A stretch of 64,000 nucleotides of DNA from an uncultured Phycisphaeraceae bacterium (lineage in GTDB: Bacteria; Planctomycetota; Phycisphaerae; UBA1845), in the NCBI GenBank assembly GCA_964648365.1, contig CAZYLK010000004.1:5575-69574 (forward strand), read 5' to 3'. Position numbers and translations under genes: made by a program. Shown here piece after piece: positions 28,994 through 41,385 of this stretch. Position 1 is the stretch's first letter, and the number at the start of each line of letters is the position of its first letter. The notes under the pieces are model-generated. The model did not search any database. It was not told the DNA's origin and saw only the letters and a list, made by a program, of their open reading frames with translations.

Positions 28994-29114
28994 GTAACGC
29001 CGCGCGGGTTACGACCCAGTCACGGCTTGTTCAGCGGACGCTCAGAAGCGCAGCGCTAGGTTCTACAGGTCATCACCGAGTCCGGGAGCGGAGGAGAATG
29101 GAGGATAACCCATC

Positions 29115-31079
29115 GTGACCCAGCAGAACGTGACACAGAAGCTGATTGACGCCCACCGCGTAAACGGTGCCGCCCGGCCGGGCGAGCCTGTCGAACTGCG
29201 CATCGACCAGACGCTGACCCAGGATGCGACCGGCACGATGGTCATGCTCATGCTCGAAGCCATGCAACTCGACCGCGTGCGCACGGAACTCAGTGCCCAA
29301 TACGTCGATCACAACCTCCTGCAGGAGGATCACCGCAACCCCGACGATCACCTCTTCCTGGAGAGCGCCTGTCGCCGCTTCGGCGTCTGGTACAGCCCGC
29401 CCGGAAACGGCGTCAGTCACCCCGTGCATCAGGAGCGGTTCGGCGTCCCCGGAAAGACGTTGCTGGGGTCGGACAGCCATACGCCGGCGGCCGGAGCCAT
29501 CGGCATGCTCGCCATCGGCGCCGGCGGCATGGACGTTGCCATGGCCATGGCGGGAGAGCCTTATCACCTCGACATGCCGCGCATCTGGGGCGTGGAGCTC
29601 ACCGGCCACCTGCCCGCCTGGGTCAGCGCCAAGGACGTGATTCTCGAAATGCTGCGAAGACACGGCGTCGATGGCGGCGCGGGGCGGATCATTGAGTACT
29701 ACGGACCCGGCCTGGCCGCCCTCAGCGTGATGGATCGCCATGTGATCGCCAACATGGGGACCGAGCTGGGCGCCACCACCACCGTCTTTCCGTCCGACGA
29801 CGTCGTCCGCGCCTTCTTGCGCAGCCAGGGTCGTGAGCATGACTGGGTCGAACTGACTGCGGACCCGGGCGCCCGGTACGACTGTCACGACCGGATCGCG
29901 CTCAATGATCTGGAACCCCTGATCGCGATGCCGTCCAGTCCGGGCAACGTGCATCCTGTCCGCGAGGTTGCCGGACAACCGATCTATCAGGCCTACGTCG
30001 GCTCGTCAGCGAATCCGGGCTATCGTGACTTTGCGGTTGCGGCACACGTTGTTCACGGCCGCCGCGTCGCACCGGGCGTTTCGTTCGACATCAACCCGAC
30101 GTCGCGGCAAATTCTGGAGAATCTCGTCGAGGATGGGCATCTGGCCCGGCTGATCCACGCCGGCGCGAGGATTCACCAGGCCGGGTGCAACGGCTGCATC
30201 GGCATGGGACAGGCGCCGGCCACTGAACGGCTCAGTCTGCGGACCGTCCCGCGCAACTTTCCCGGGCGGTCCGGTACGCGCGAGGACCGCGTGTGCCTCG
30301 TCAGTCCCGAGACGGCCGCGGCCTCCGCCATTGCCGGCGTCATCACGGATCCGCGCGACCTGGACATGACCTGCCCGATCGCTCGTGAACCGGCCCGGCC
30401 CCGACTGAACGTCGACCTGCTCCAGCCTCCCACGAGGCCGGACGCTGCGAACGGCGCCCAACTGTTAAAAGGCCCGAACATCGCGTCCGTCCCTCTGTTT
30501 GACCCCCTGCCCGACGACCTCCACATCCCGATCCTTCTGCGATGCGGGGATGACGTCTCAACCGACGAGATTCTGCCTGCCGGATCGAGAGTTCTGCCTT
30601 ACCGCAGCAATGTTCCCGCGATCAGCCGGTTCGCCTGCGAGGGCGTAGACGATACCTATGCCTCACGGGCGGCGGAACGCGGCGCCGCCCACGCCATCGT
30701 CGCCGGCCGGAACTACGGGCAGGGCTCCAGCCGCGAACACGCTGCGCTCGCGCTGGCCTACCTGGGGCTTCGCGTCGTGGTCGCCGAGTCGATCGCGCGC
30801 ATCCACCGCGACAACCTGGTCAACTGCGCTGTGCTTCCGCTGACGCTCGAGTCCGGGGACGCACTTGAGCGCCTTCAACGGGGGGCGCCTGTGAGGCTCC
30901 GAGGTGTACATGACCGATTGCGCCGCTCGAAGCGGGTCGTCGTTGAGACCGGCGAGGATGCGACGGAGGTCCACTGCCGCCATGACCTGAGTGCCCGGCA
31001 GATCGACATCCTGCTGGCGGGAGGACTGGTCCGTTATGCCCACGGCCGGCTGAGTAAAACGGACGGAGGCGCCGACTGA
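29115..31079 (+). CDS. aconitate hydratase family protein (about 650-aa short form with fused large and swivel domains)
   Basis: GTG start. DQTLTQDATGTM, GSDSHTPAAG, GCNGCIGMG (Fe-S Cys ligands), GRNYGQGSSREHAA. Confidence 0.9.
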   Translation: MTQQNVTQKLIDAHRVNGAARPGEPVELRIDQTLTQDATGTMVMLMLEAMQLDRVRTELSAQYVDHNLLQEDHRNPDDHLFLESACRRFGVWYSPPGNGVSHPVHQERFGVPGKTLLGSDSHTPAAGAIGMLAIGAGGMDVAMAMAGEPYHLDMPRIWGVELTGHLPAWVSAKDVILEMLRRHGVDGGAGRIIEYYGPGLAALSVMDRHVIANMGTELGATTTVFPSDDVVRAFLRSQGREHDWVELTADPGARYDCHDRIALNDLEPLIAMPSSPGNVHPVREVAGQPIYQAYVGSSANPGYRDFAVAAHVVHGRRVAPGVSFDINPTSRQILENLVEDGHLARLIHAGARIHQAGCNGCIGMGQAPATERLSLRTVPRNFPGRSGTREDRVCLVSPETAAASAIAGVITDPRDLDMTCPIAREPARPRLNVDLLQPPTRPDAANGAQLLKGPNIASVPLFDPLPDDLHIPILLRCGDDVSTDEILPAGSRVLPYRSNVPAISRFACEGVDDTYASRAAERGAAHAIVAGRNYGQGSSREHAALALAYLGLRVVVAESIARIHRDNLVNCAVLPLTLESGDALERLQRGAPVRLRGVHDRLRRSKRVVVETGEDATEVHCRHDLSARQIDILLAGGLVRYAHGRLSKTDGGAD

Positions 31080-31142
31080 CGGTGTCAGCAGCGCCCCGAG
31101 GAGGAGAGATGAGGATTCGATTCGGAAATCTGGATCGCACGA

Positions 31143-32771
31143 TCACTCGACGATGAGTTCGTTGCGCACCCATCGGGCGCCGCCTTCGAGCGCGTTCTCG
31201 GTGGCGGCCCAGCACTGTGACCAGGAGTCGACCCGGCCCGTCAGCGTGGCAACGCCATTGCTGACGCTGACCTGAACGTCATCGGCGTCGACGAAGGGGC
31301 TCCACCACAGTTCGTCGTTGATCTCCTGTTCGATCCAGCGATCGCCGGTCAGCTTGGGCACGGGTGGAATGGTGTACCAGTCGTAGCCATAGGCGAACCA
31401 GTCGTCCACGTAGGGGTCGTAGGTCAAGGAGCCGTTCAGCGACTGGACATCGAGGTAGTTGCGTACCTCCGTCACGCCCCGGACGCGGGCGGCAATGTCA
31501 TCCGCTTCTGCTTTTTTGAAGTACGTGTCTACCTCGCCGCTCAAGTACGCCATGCCGTCGACGACACGCACGTCAATCTCATCACGTTCGAGATAGGGGT
31601 TTCGTTGCACCGCGGCCATGATCTCGGATGCGATGTCTTCGTCGGATCCGTCGGCGCCCGGCCGGACGTGCAGCCGGTTACGGACGGCCATGACACCCAC
31701 GGTGTTGCGGGCGTCCTCGGCGGCGGCGCGCTTCGCCTTCAGATTGTCTACCGTGCCGCGGAGGGTGGCAACGCCATCGGACACGTCCACGTTGACGTTG
31801 AAAGAAAAGACACGCGGGTCATAGAGCATCGCGTCCCTCACGGCTTGCCGGACGGCACTGTCCGATTTGGCCGAAATGCTGAGCATCTTCATGCCGCCGT
31901 CCACGGGACCGTCGCCGACCTTCAGCCCGGTGTCATCGACGGTCGTGACCCCCGCGACCCAGCAGCGGGTTACGGCCCGCGACTTGGCCGCCGCGCTGCC
32001 CGTCTTCCCGCTGAGCGTGACGCGACCATCGTCGACGGACACGTCGATCGCCGATCCGTTGACCAGCACGTCCCACCGGAGCGCGCCGTTGATGTCCGCC
32101 CGAATCTGCGCGTCGGACCGATCGGACACCGGCTTCACGGTGATCTCGTTGGACACGTCCACGACCCCCGCCACGCCTTTGGCGACGGTTTCCGCCAGCC
32201 GATACTCCTGCCACGATTGCACCGTGCCGGTCAGCGTCACCACGCCGTCATCGGTCGACACGTTGATCTCGAACGAATCGGTCGCCGGATCCGCCACCAG
32301 CGCCATCCACACACTTGACTTCAGCTCCGCGTCGCTGCGTTCCTGTGCCGGCCGAACCCGCAGTTCATTAACGACGGACCGTACGCCCTTCACGGTTTCT
32401 GCGATGCGAAGCGCACGCTCCTTGGCCAGCAGATTGCGGACGTCGCCGCTCAACGTAACGATTCCCTTCGTCACGCCGACGTCGATTCCGTTGAACGGCA
32501 CGGCGTGGTCGTTGATCATCTCGCGCTCGATCGCATCCTGGATGCTCGGGTCGTCGAGGGACCGCGCGACACTGTACGTTGCCGCGCCGGTCCCGGCCGG
32601 TGGCATGGCCTGCCGCTGTGCCCTGACCTCAAGGACTCCCATTGAGCACACCGCTACTGTTACCGTGATTCTGTACTTGGACACGTTTGCTGACCCCTTT
32701 CCGATTAGCTCGTGCGTGAACACGATTCCCGATGCGCGGCCGCAACGGCGGACGCGCGAACACCATGACAT
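31143..32771 (-). CDS. secreted protein with six tandem BON domains
   Basis: Six repeats of the pattern D(G)xVTLxGxV...(A/K)xxAxxxAxxVxGVxxVxNxLxV. The start is uncertain (the GTG at 32684 follows AAAGGGG). Confidence 0.75.
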   Translation of the reverse strand: MSWCSRVRRCGRASGIVFTHELIGKGSANVSKYRITVTVAVCSMGVLEVRAQRQAMPPAGTGAATYSVARSLDDPSIQDAIEREMINDHAVPFNGIDVGVTKGIVTLSGDVRNLLAKERALRIAETVKGVRSVVNELRVRPAQERSDAELKSSVWMALVADPATDSFEINVSTDDGVVTLTGTVQSWQEYRLAETVAKGVAGVVDVSNEITVKPVSDRSDAQIRADINGALRWDVLVNGSAIDVSVDDGRVTLSGKTGSAAAKSRAVTRCWVAGVTTVDDTGLKVGDGPVDGGMKMLSISAKSDSAVRQAVRDAMLYDPRVFSFNVNVDVSDGVATLRGTVDNLKAKRAAAEDARNTVGVMAVRNRLHVRPGADGSDEDIASEIMAAVQRNPYLERDEIDVRVVDGMAYLSGEVDTYFKKAEADDIAARVRGVTEVRNYLDVQSLNGSLTYDPYVDDWFAYGYDWYTIPPVPKLTGDRWIEQEINDELWWSPFVDADDVQVSVSNGVATLTGRVDSWSQCWAATENALEGGARWVRNELIVE

Positions 32772-33139
32772 GACTCCCGGTCATCGTCAGACGCTGACCA
32801 TCGCAATACGAGAGCCTACACCACACGTGTGAAGTGCCGCTGACGCGCCGCTGAAATCCGCTTCAGTCGCCCACCGGCTTGCGACCTGCGCCGGGCGACG
32901 CCGATGTCCGCTTGTTGCGGCTGACGATCAATTCAAACGGCCGTCACCGCCGCTTCACGTGTCGCGCCCATCCTAGAAGAAGGAGCGCATGACGAGCCGC
33001 TGCCCGCGGAGCCGTCGCGGGATTGCGTCCTCTGCGACCCACGGGATCGTCGTGCTGTCGTCCGGGCTGCGCCCCTCGGCGCGTCGTTGAGCTGCTCAAC
33101 CGGCTCACCTAGGAACCTGGTCATTTCAAGGAGACTGTC

Positions 33140-35050
33140 ATGAACATCAGATCGAACAAGCGTGTCTGGCGCCGACCAAGAACGGTCGCACTCGTCTTCA
33201 TACCCCTCACGATCGCCGGATGTGGGCTGCTTACGGAAAAAGTGCTCCGCGATGCGGGCTTCTTCGGAGCCGGCGCGCTGGCGGTGAGCCTCTTGGGTGG
33301 AAACTTTCCGCCTGACACCGGCGGCGACGACGGCCAGCCGACCGATGGCGACGGCCCGACTGGACAACCCGTGCCGGGAGAGGACGGAATCAACTGCTGG
33401 GACGTCAACGGCAACGGTGTGAACGATCCGGAAGAGGACGTCAACGGAGACGATGTATTCGACGCCCAGGACTGCCTGGGAGCGCCCGGACCTGAGGGTC
33501 CGGAAGGGCCTCAGGGTGAACCCGGGCCGCCGGGGTTGCCGGGCGACGCGGGCCCGCAGGGACCGGACGGACCCGAGGGCCCCGAAGGACCACAAGGCGT
33601 CCCCGGCCCCGAGGGCCCCGAGGGCGACGGCGGACCGCGCGGTCCGCAGGGTGAACCCGGGCCGACGCTGTTCAGTACCATGGTCGAGGAGTTTTTCACC
33701 GTCGAGGGAGGCGACTACGGACGGATGCAGATCGACCCGGGTGGATCACTGCCGATTGTCAGCATTCGCGAGCCCGCGCTGGGAACGTGCGGCGACGTGG
33801 AAGGCGACGTGGGCGTCGTCGCCATGCGCGTGGCGGTTCCCCACGCCTACACCGAAGGCAATCCCGTAACCATGCGCCTGTTCCTGTGGCGCACCGGCGA
33901 AGTCAGCGACGACTGCTCGGTCTTCAGGCTCGACGCATTCCGGGCCTGGCACGGCAACACGATCTCAAGGTACGGCGATCCGCGATTCGTGAAGTTCGAG
34001 TTGCCGCCGGATCTGGCGTCCGACGGCTCACTGCTCTACGTCGACCTGCCGTTGAACGCCGCGGCCCGGCCGGGAGGTGGGCTTTCCTTCCCCGACGACC
34101 TCCAACCCGCGGATCTGCTGGCATTCGAGTTCAACACGATGGAGGACTTCAGCGACGGAGGCTGTTACAGCGTACTTGCCGCCGAGTTCTTCGAATCCGA
34201 AGTCGACGACTTCGTCGAAGTGCAACATGCCGTCGTCTACGACCACTACGGGGACATTCTGTGCAACGACTGCAACGGAAACGCAGTGGACGACTTCATT
34301 GAGACCGACCCCCAGACCTGCGTCGAGGGATCCGATCTGTGGCCGGACTGCATCGACTGCGACCAGAACCGTCGCCCGGACATGTGCCAGGAGGTACGCC
34401 CGCTCTGCCAGAAAGCAGACCTTGTCTTCGTCATGGATACTTCGCGTTCCATGGATAATTACGGCGAGCGCGGTTGCGATATGAGTCAGGAGATCATACC
34501 GATGCTCGAAGACGTCGGAATCACCATTCAGTCGCGGATCCTCGCCATCACCTCGGAAAACGCGCTGTTCTCCTGCCAGGGCGACTCGGTCGAAGGCCTG
34601 CTCGGGCCGGAGGTGCCCGGCACCGATGACGAACTGCTGGACAGCGTCGAGGACTGGGGGCCGGCAACAGCCATCGTGGCGCAGCGGTATGACTGGTCGG
34701 ACGACGCGCTGCGCATTGTGATTCCAATCTCCGATGAAGGCCCTCAGAACGGCAACCCCTGCTTCTGGCACACGGACGGGGAGGCAATCAAGAACGCGAT
34801 CGACGTGGCTCAGCAGAACAACGTGATCGCAGCGCCGATGGTCGCCGGACATCACAACCTGTGCGTCAAGTGGCGGGCGGGCAATCTGGCGGACGGCACC
34901 TGCGGCCGCACGTTCCAAATCGGCGACAAGCCCGATGAGTTCGCCGACTGGGTCGCGTCCCTGTTCAATCCCGAGCTGGGATGTGAGGCATCAAGCATCG
35001 CTGAACCGGATCCGGAGGGCGTGGACGACGCCAATCTGGACGAATCCTAG
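33140..35050 (+). CDS. lipoprotein with acidic Ca-binding-like segment, collagen-like G-X-Y repeat, unknown middle domain and C-terminal von Willebrand A domain
   Basis: AGGAG RBS. Lipobox [24 protein letters not shown] segment. 21 G-X-Y triplets. vWA MIDAS motif [10 protein letters not shown]. Confidence 0.75.
   Translation: MNIRSNKRVWRRPRTVALVFIPLTIAGCGLLTEKVLRDAGFFGAGALAVSLLGGNFPPDTGGDDGQPTDGDGPTGQPVPGEDGINCWDVNGNGVNDPEEDVNGDDVFDAQDCLGAPGPEGPEGPQGEPGPPGLPGDAGPQGPDGPEGPEGPQGVPGPEGPEGDGGPRGPQGEPGPTLFSTMVEEFFTVEGGDYGRMQIDPGGSLPIVSIREPALGTCGDVEGDVGVVAMRVAVPHAYTEGNPVTMRLFLWRTGEVSDDCSVFRLDAFRAWHGNTISRYGDPRFVKFELPPDLASDGSLLYVDLPLNAAARPGGGLSFPDDLQPADLLAFEFNTMEDFSDGGCYSVLAAEFFESEVDDFVEVQHAVVYDHYGDILCNDCNGNAVDDFIETDPQTCVEGSDLWPDCIDCDQNRRPDMCQEVRPLCQKADLVFVMDTSRSMDNYGERGCDMSQEIIPMLEDVGITIQSRILAITSENALFSCQGDSVEGLLGPEVPGTDDELLDSVEDWGPATAIVAQRYDWSDDALRIVIPISDEGPQNGNPCFWHTDGEAIKNAIDVAQQNNVIAAPMVAGHHNLCVKWRAGNLADGTCGRTFQIGDKPDEFADWVASLFNPELGCEASSIAEPDPEGVDDANLDES
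33479..33667 (+). repeat. collagen-like triplet repeat (21 x G-X-Y) inside the CDS
   Basis: [62 protein letters not shown], with 9-nt periodic ggnccngan DNA. Confidence 0.9.
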
Positions 35051-35166
35051 GCGAAACCGTTCGCGACCGGTCCGGACCGGCGATGACGTCCCGGCACGGT
35101 GCCGCCTGCCGGGCGGGTCGCGTTCGGAATGCGTGCGACGGACGAACCCCACACGCACCTCCCGCA

Positions 35167-35209
35167 CCGCTGACGCCGTGGCGGATGGAACCGCCACGGA
35201 CGTCAGCGG
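35167..35209. terminator. long stem-loop between convergent genes (possible bidirectional terminator)
   Basis: CCGCTGACGCCGTGGCGG-atggaa-CCGCCACGGACGTCAGCGG, an 18-bp stem with one bulge. No clear T-tract on either side. Confidence 0.4.
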
Positions 35210-35329
35210 CTGTCGCAGACATTCAAGACCAGAACATTCATACACGACGAGTCGCCACGTCCAGGTCGGCGTCTGCGCGCGGGTTGGCGCGCCCGGCCGG
35301 GGTATCGCAGCGTGAGCGCGCACCGCGAT

Positions 35330-36514
35330 TCAGGGGCTTTCGGCTACGCTTCCGTGCTGCGATCCGGTCGATGAATGGCGCAGCAAGGCCGCGACCGGGG
35401 AGGCGGGCTCCGGCAAGTGCTCGGCGCCGGCGGTCAGTACGCGCCCGCCGTAGCGCGTGGTGAATACGGCGGCCGCGTTGACCAGGTCTTCGATCTCGGC
35501 GGCGTCCCCGTGCGCGGGCGCGGCGCCTGGCAGCCGATCAATGCGGCCCCAGACGGGCCGGTCGGGCGCAAGCACGAGGGTGTCCACGCAGCCTGACACA
35601 GCAGCCGAGACGACCGTGCGGATGTCACACACCCCGCGCTCGGCGAAGCCCGCGCCCAGGACTGAATCGAGCATCTGCGCCCGGCGGGCGTCGTAGACGC
35701 GCCTGGCGATCGCCCGGGCCTTCGACGGGAGGTCCGCCTCCAGCGGCCGCGAAGAGGACGCCGCGACGCGTTCGTCACAAAGGTGCGGGTAGCGGTTGAT
35801 GGCACGGTACAGACCCCACAGGCTCGCCTCGCCCGCGAATACGAGCGGCGCCTCGGATCCGACCAGTTTCCGGCAGACCTCCGCGTCGAGGTCACGAACG
35901 TACCGACGCAGATACTCGGGCGGCGGGCCTTCGCGCCCGCCCTGGCCATGATATATCGCGGCGTCAGCGTGCGCCGGCACCGAGTGAAGTTGCAGGTCAC
36001 GCGGCCATTCAAGTGCGCGACCGGCGTGACGGACACCGGCGGACGCTTCGGCCGATAGGTCGAGTTCCCGCACGGGGCTGGCCTGCTCAACGGCAAGCAG
36101 GCGTGCCCCTCCCATGCTGACCCACAGCACATGGCACGCGCAGAGGTTTTCCAGGTCGGCCCACAGGGGCGTAAGATGAAAGCGGCCCGACAACACCATC
36201 AGCCCGTTCGGCCGGGCCGGCAAGGGTACGGCCTGGTCGACGTCGGGTGCTATGAACACGGCAACGCCTCCGCCATGAGTGCTCCGCGAGGCGTCTGCCA
36301 TGCCCCCCTCAAGCCGGCTCAGCGTGGCCTCAACCAGCCGTTCGGGCAGGTCGCGATCCCCCAGCGCGTCCCGCGTCCTCGAAACGATGTTCTTGAATCG
36401 GATGTCGTTCTGCCTCGCCGCCGGTGATCCGGCCGGTTCCAGCGGAACGTAGTGGGAAACCGCCCACGCAGCGTCCCGGGCGGAAAGCTCCTGGATGGTA
36501 TCAAGCAGGGTCAT
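35330..36514 (-). CDS. baeRF3-like (bacterial archaeo-eukaryotic release factor family) protein
   Basis: Start at MTLLDTIQ. The N-terminal pattern AVSHYVPLEPAGSPAARQNDIRFKNIVSRTRDAL, then GGGVAVFIAPD...GRFHLTPLW, matches my recollection of the baeRF3 family (xxPTHRxGxExxQxxIRLKNLL...RFHxxPLL). No database check was run. Confidence 0.5.
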   Translation of the reverse strand: MTLLDTIQELSARDAAWAVSHYVPLEPAGSPAARQNDIRFKNIVSRTRDALGDRDLPERLVEATLSRLEGGMADASRSTHGGGVAVFIAPDVDQAVPLPARPNGLMVLSGRFHLTPLWADLENLCACHVLWVSMGGARLLAVEQASPVRELDLSAEASAGVRHAGRALEWPRDLQLHSVPAHADAAIYHGQGGREGPPPEYLRRYVRDLDAEVCRKLVGSEAPLVFAGEASLWGLYRAINRYPHLCDERVAASSSRPLEADLPSKARAIARRVYDARRAQMLDSVLGAGFAERGVCDIRTVVSAAVSGCVDTLVLAPDRPVWGRIDRLPGAAPAHGDAAEIEDLVNAAAVFTTRYGGRVLTAGAEHLPEPASPVAALLRHSSTGSQHGSVAESP

Positions 36515-36667
36515 GGTTCGTTTTCCGTAAAGTTTGGATGGACCGGCTCCGCCCGGCGCCGCAGTCACACGAAACAGACGCGGCGCTACGTCATCATCAC
36601 CCGGCGAACCCGCGGCCGGCGCCGGTGCTGCGTGCGCCGGTCGCCGGCCGGGCTGGTTCGACGTTGG

Positions 36668-37972
36668 CTACGGCTCCAGAAGAAACACGCGCAGCGGTCC
36701 CACCAACTGCGTCTGCGTCCCCTGGATCGTCCGGTCGGGTGGCAGCGACCCGTTGAGCGTGGCGATGTTGTCGTAGGAATACACCGCGTCGTTCAGGAAG
36801 TCGGTAAGGTAGCCCGTGCCGTTGGAATCGACGGCGATGGACGTAAGCTGGTTCCCGGGAATCACGTCAAGCGTAAAGTCCGGCGCCACCGTACCGTTCA
36901 ACGTGGAAGCATTATTGAACGTGAATACCGCGCCGGCGGTGGGGTCTACGACGTACATGGTATCATTGCCGTCCACAAAGACGTCGAAAACAGTGTTGAA
37001 CACGCCGCTCTCAATCACGCGGTTCGGGGCCACGTCGCCGTTGAGGCTGCTGGCGTTGTGGAAGACCAGCACGTCATCGTCGCCGTTATTGGCGACGTAG
37101 AGCGCGTCGCTTTGTCCGAAATTGATGCCCGTAGGCGAGTTCAGGTCGCCGCTGGAGATGATGCGCGTCGGCGCCAGATTGCCGTTGAACGCCGCCGTGG
37201 AGGCGCCGGCGTAGACATAGATCTGATCGGTCCCGCCGTCGGCGACGAACGCCAGGTCCGAGGCGGTCCGAACCGCCAGCGACGCGGGCTGGACCAACTG
37301 CGTCGCAGCGCCCTGCACGTTGCGATCCGGCGCCAGGTTGCCGTTGGCGCTGACCGCGCTGCTGTAGCCGGTGATGGACGGCGTGCCGAAGTTGGCCACG
37401 CGCAAGTTGCCCGCCGCGTCCACGAGGATGTCCGCGGGATCGTCCAACCGGGTCTGAGCGCCGGCCAGGTTGATGTCGGGAATGATGTTACCGTTCACGG
37501 TGGCGGGGTCGTCGTAGCTGGTCACGTTGTTTCCGTCAAAGTTGGCGATAAAGAGCGTCATTTCCTGCGGCGGCGGGGGCGGCGGGGGAACGTCGGCCAT
37601 GATGGTGACATCGACCACGTCCGTATCGGCCCCCCCCTGCCCGTCCATGACGGTCAACTCGAAGCTCACCGTGCCGGGTTCGCCGGGGGCCGTAAAGGTC
37701 GGCTGAGGGGCGTTGGGATTGCTGAGGTTGACGTTCGGGCCGCTGGTCTGCGTCCAGTTGAACTGGAGGGAATCGCCGTCCGGATCGGCGCCGGAGCCGT
37801 TCAGCATCACGTCCGACCCCGTCTCGACGGTCTGGTTGCCGCCGGCGTTGGCCGTGGGCGACTGGTTCGTGTCCGGCGGCTCCATGGTCGTGGGAGGACA
37901 CCCTGACATGCCTGCGCCGAGCAGCACGAAGAGTGAGACGGTGAGTTTCGCGTCGATGCATTTTTGCTTCAT
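36668..37972 (-). CDS. lipoprotein with N-terminal PKD domain and six-bladed NHL/beta-propeller-like repeats
   Basis: GGAGG RBS. Lipobox GMSGC. PKD-like ANAGGNQTVETGSDVMLNGSGADPDGDSLQFNWTQTSGP. Six repeats of the type NG(N/T/S)(L/I/V)(A/P)PDRxI...L..P. Confidence 0.7.
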   Translation of the reverse strand: MKQKCIDAKLTVSLFVLLGAGMSGCPPTTMEPPDTNQSPTANAGGNQTVETGSDVMLNGSGADPDGDSLQFNWTQTSGPNVNLSNPNAPQPTFTAPGEPGTVSFELTVMDGQGGADTDVVDVTIMADVPPPPPPPQEMTLFIANFDGNNVTSYDDPATVNGNIIPDINLAGAQTRLDDPADILVDAAGNLRVANFGTPSITGYSSAVSANGNLAPDRNVQGAATQLVQPASLAVRTASDLAFVADGGTDQIYVYAGASTAAFNGNLAPTRIISSGDLNSPTGINFGQSDALYVANNGDDDVLVFHNASSLNGDVAPNRVIESGVFNTVFDVFVDGNDTMYVVDPTAGAVFTFNNASTLNGTVAPDFTLDVIPGNQLTSIAVDSNGTGYLTDFLNDAVYSYDNIATLNGSLPPDRTIQGTQTQLVGPLRVFLLEP

Positions 37973-38449
37973 CTTGCTTTTCCTCCAGTTGTGCCGCGGG
38001 CATTCAATCGGGCAAATGGGCCGCGGGCATACATTCGCGGACGATTGCCGCTGTGACAGGTCTCCAGCGGCCGGGCGCTCCGGCCGCGAGCCAGTGGGAG
38101 GACACGAGCAACACGCCCCCTCCTACTGTCTACATAGTCGACCGGCCTTGCAGCATCGTGATCCACGGCTGAACGGCATGTAATTCCAGGTCGTCATGGG
38201 ACTGCCGCGCCCGTCGCCCGCCTGGGTGAGAGCGCCCCCCCGAGTGCGTGGATGGGAACGCCGCCCGGTCTGGAGCAGATGTCAGCCAACTGTAATCCCG
38301 GATTCAGACCCGACCGCCTACAGTAGTGCGACGGCGCGTAGCGGGCACGGACGCGCCGGCGGCTATCCGGACATCCGGCGCCGGCACCGCAATCCGGAGT
38401 GGACAACGGACAGCCACTGAAGCCGAGGCCCCGTATCAGGAGATCGAAC

Positions 38450-38701
38450 ATGAGCCAGGTTGCCGAGAAGCAATACAGAAACGTCGGGCAAAGCAGCGGC
38501 TGTGCCGACCACGATCACGATTTGATTCACGAACTGGACAAGCGCCTGAACTCGGTCTGGCGCATGGACCAGTATATCACGAACGCCGGCACGCGCCCGC
38601 ACATCAAGAAATTCTGGGAGCAGCTTCGTGACCAGGAGCAGGGAAACATCGGAAAGCTGAAAGAGCTGGTGGCCCGGGAAGTCCGCGACGACTGCTTCTG
38701 A
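38450..38701 (+). CDS. small conserved-looking hypothetical protein (83 aa) 7 nt upstream of sucA
   Basis: AGGAG lies 8 nt before the ATG at 38450. ADHDHDLIHELDKRLNSVWRMDQYITNAG...FWEQLRDQEQGNIGKLKELVAREVRDDCF is predicted helical. I recall similar sequences annotated as hypothetical in cyanobacteria and planctomycetes. Confidence 0.5.
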   Translation: MSQVAEKQYRNVGQSSGCADHDHDLIHELDKRLNSVWRMDQYITNAGTRPHIKKFWEQLRDQEQGNIGKLKELVAREVRDDCF

Positions 38702-38708
38702 AGTCACG

Positions 38709-41369
<2,661 letters not shown>

Positions 41370-41385
41370 CCCTCCGAGGCAACCA

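Noticed and set aside
32989-33090. 33-codon ORF (MTSRCPRSRRGIASSATHGIVVLSSGLRPSARR) with AGGAG 3 nt upstream, in the spacer before the collagen/vWA gene
   Set aside because: The RBS spacing is too short, the composition is Arg/Ser-rich like the background frames, and there is no recognisable leader-peptide logic.
33479-33667. Periodic repeat that could be mistaken for a CRISPR or tandem-repeat array (likewise 52498-52565)
   Set aside because: The 9-nt periodicity is the coding G-X-Y collagen repeat inside a long ORF. The 52.5-kb element has only two 18-nt copies with one spacer and no cas genes nearby.
36452-37906. 484-aa ORF on the plus strand
   Set aside because: It is antisense to the PKD/propeller lipoprotein gene, which has an RBS, a lipobox and repeat structure.
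38254-38443. Cobalamin-riboswitch-like motif series upstream of the small ORF and sucA (GGGAAC, GCCAACTGTAA, GCCACTG, TCAGGAGA in the canonical order)
   Set aside because: The spacing from GGGAA to ACTGTAA matches a known example. However, the conserved GGTG..AATCC hairpin cannot form (CCGG-u-CUGG leaves no loop). ACTGTA instead pairs with TACAGT 22 nt downstream. TCAGGAGA doubles as the RBS. The downstream genes have no B12 link. A cmscan against RF00174 would settle it.
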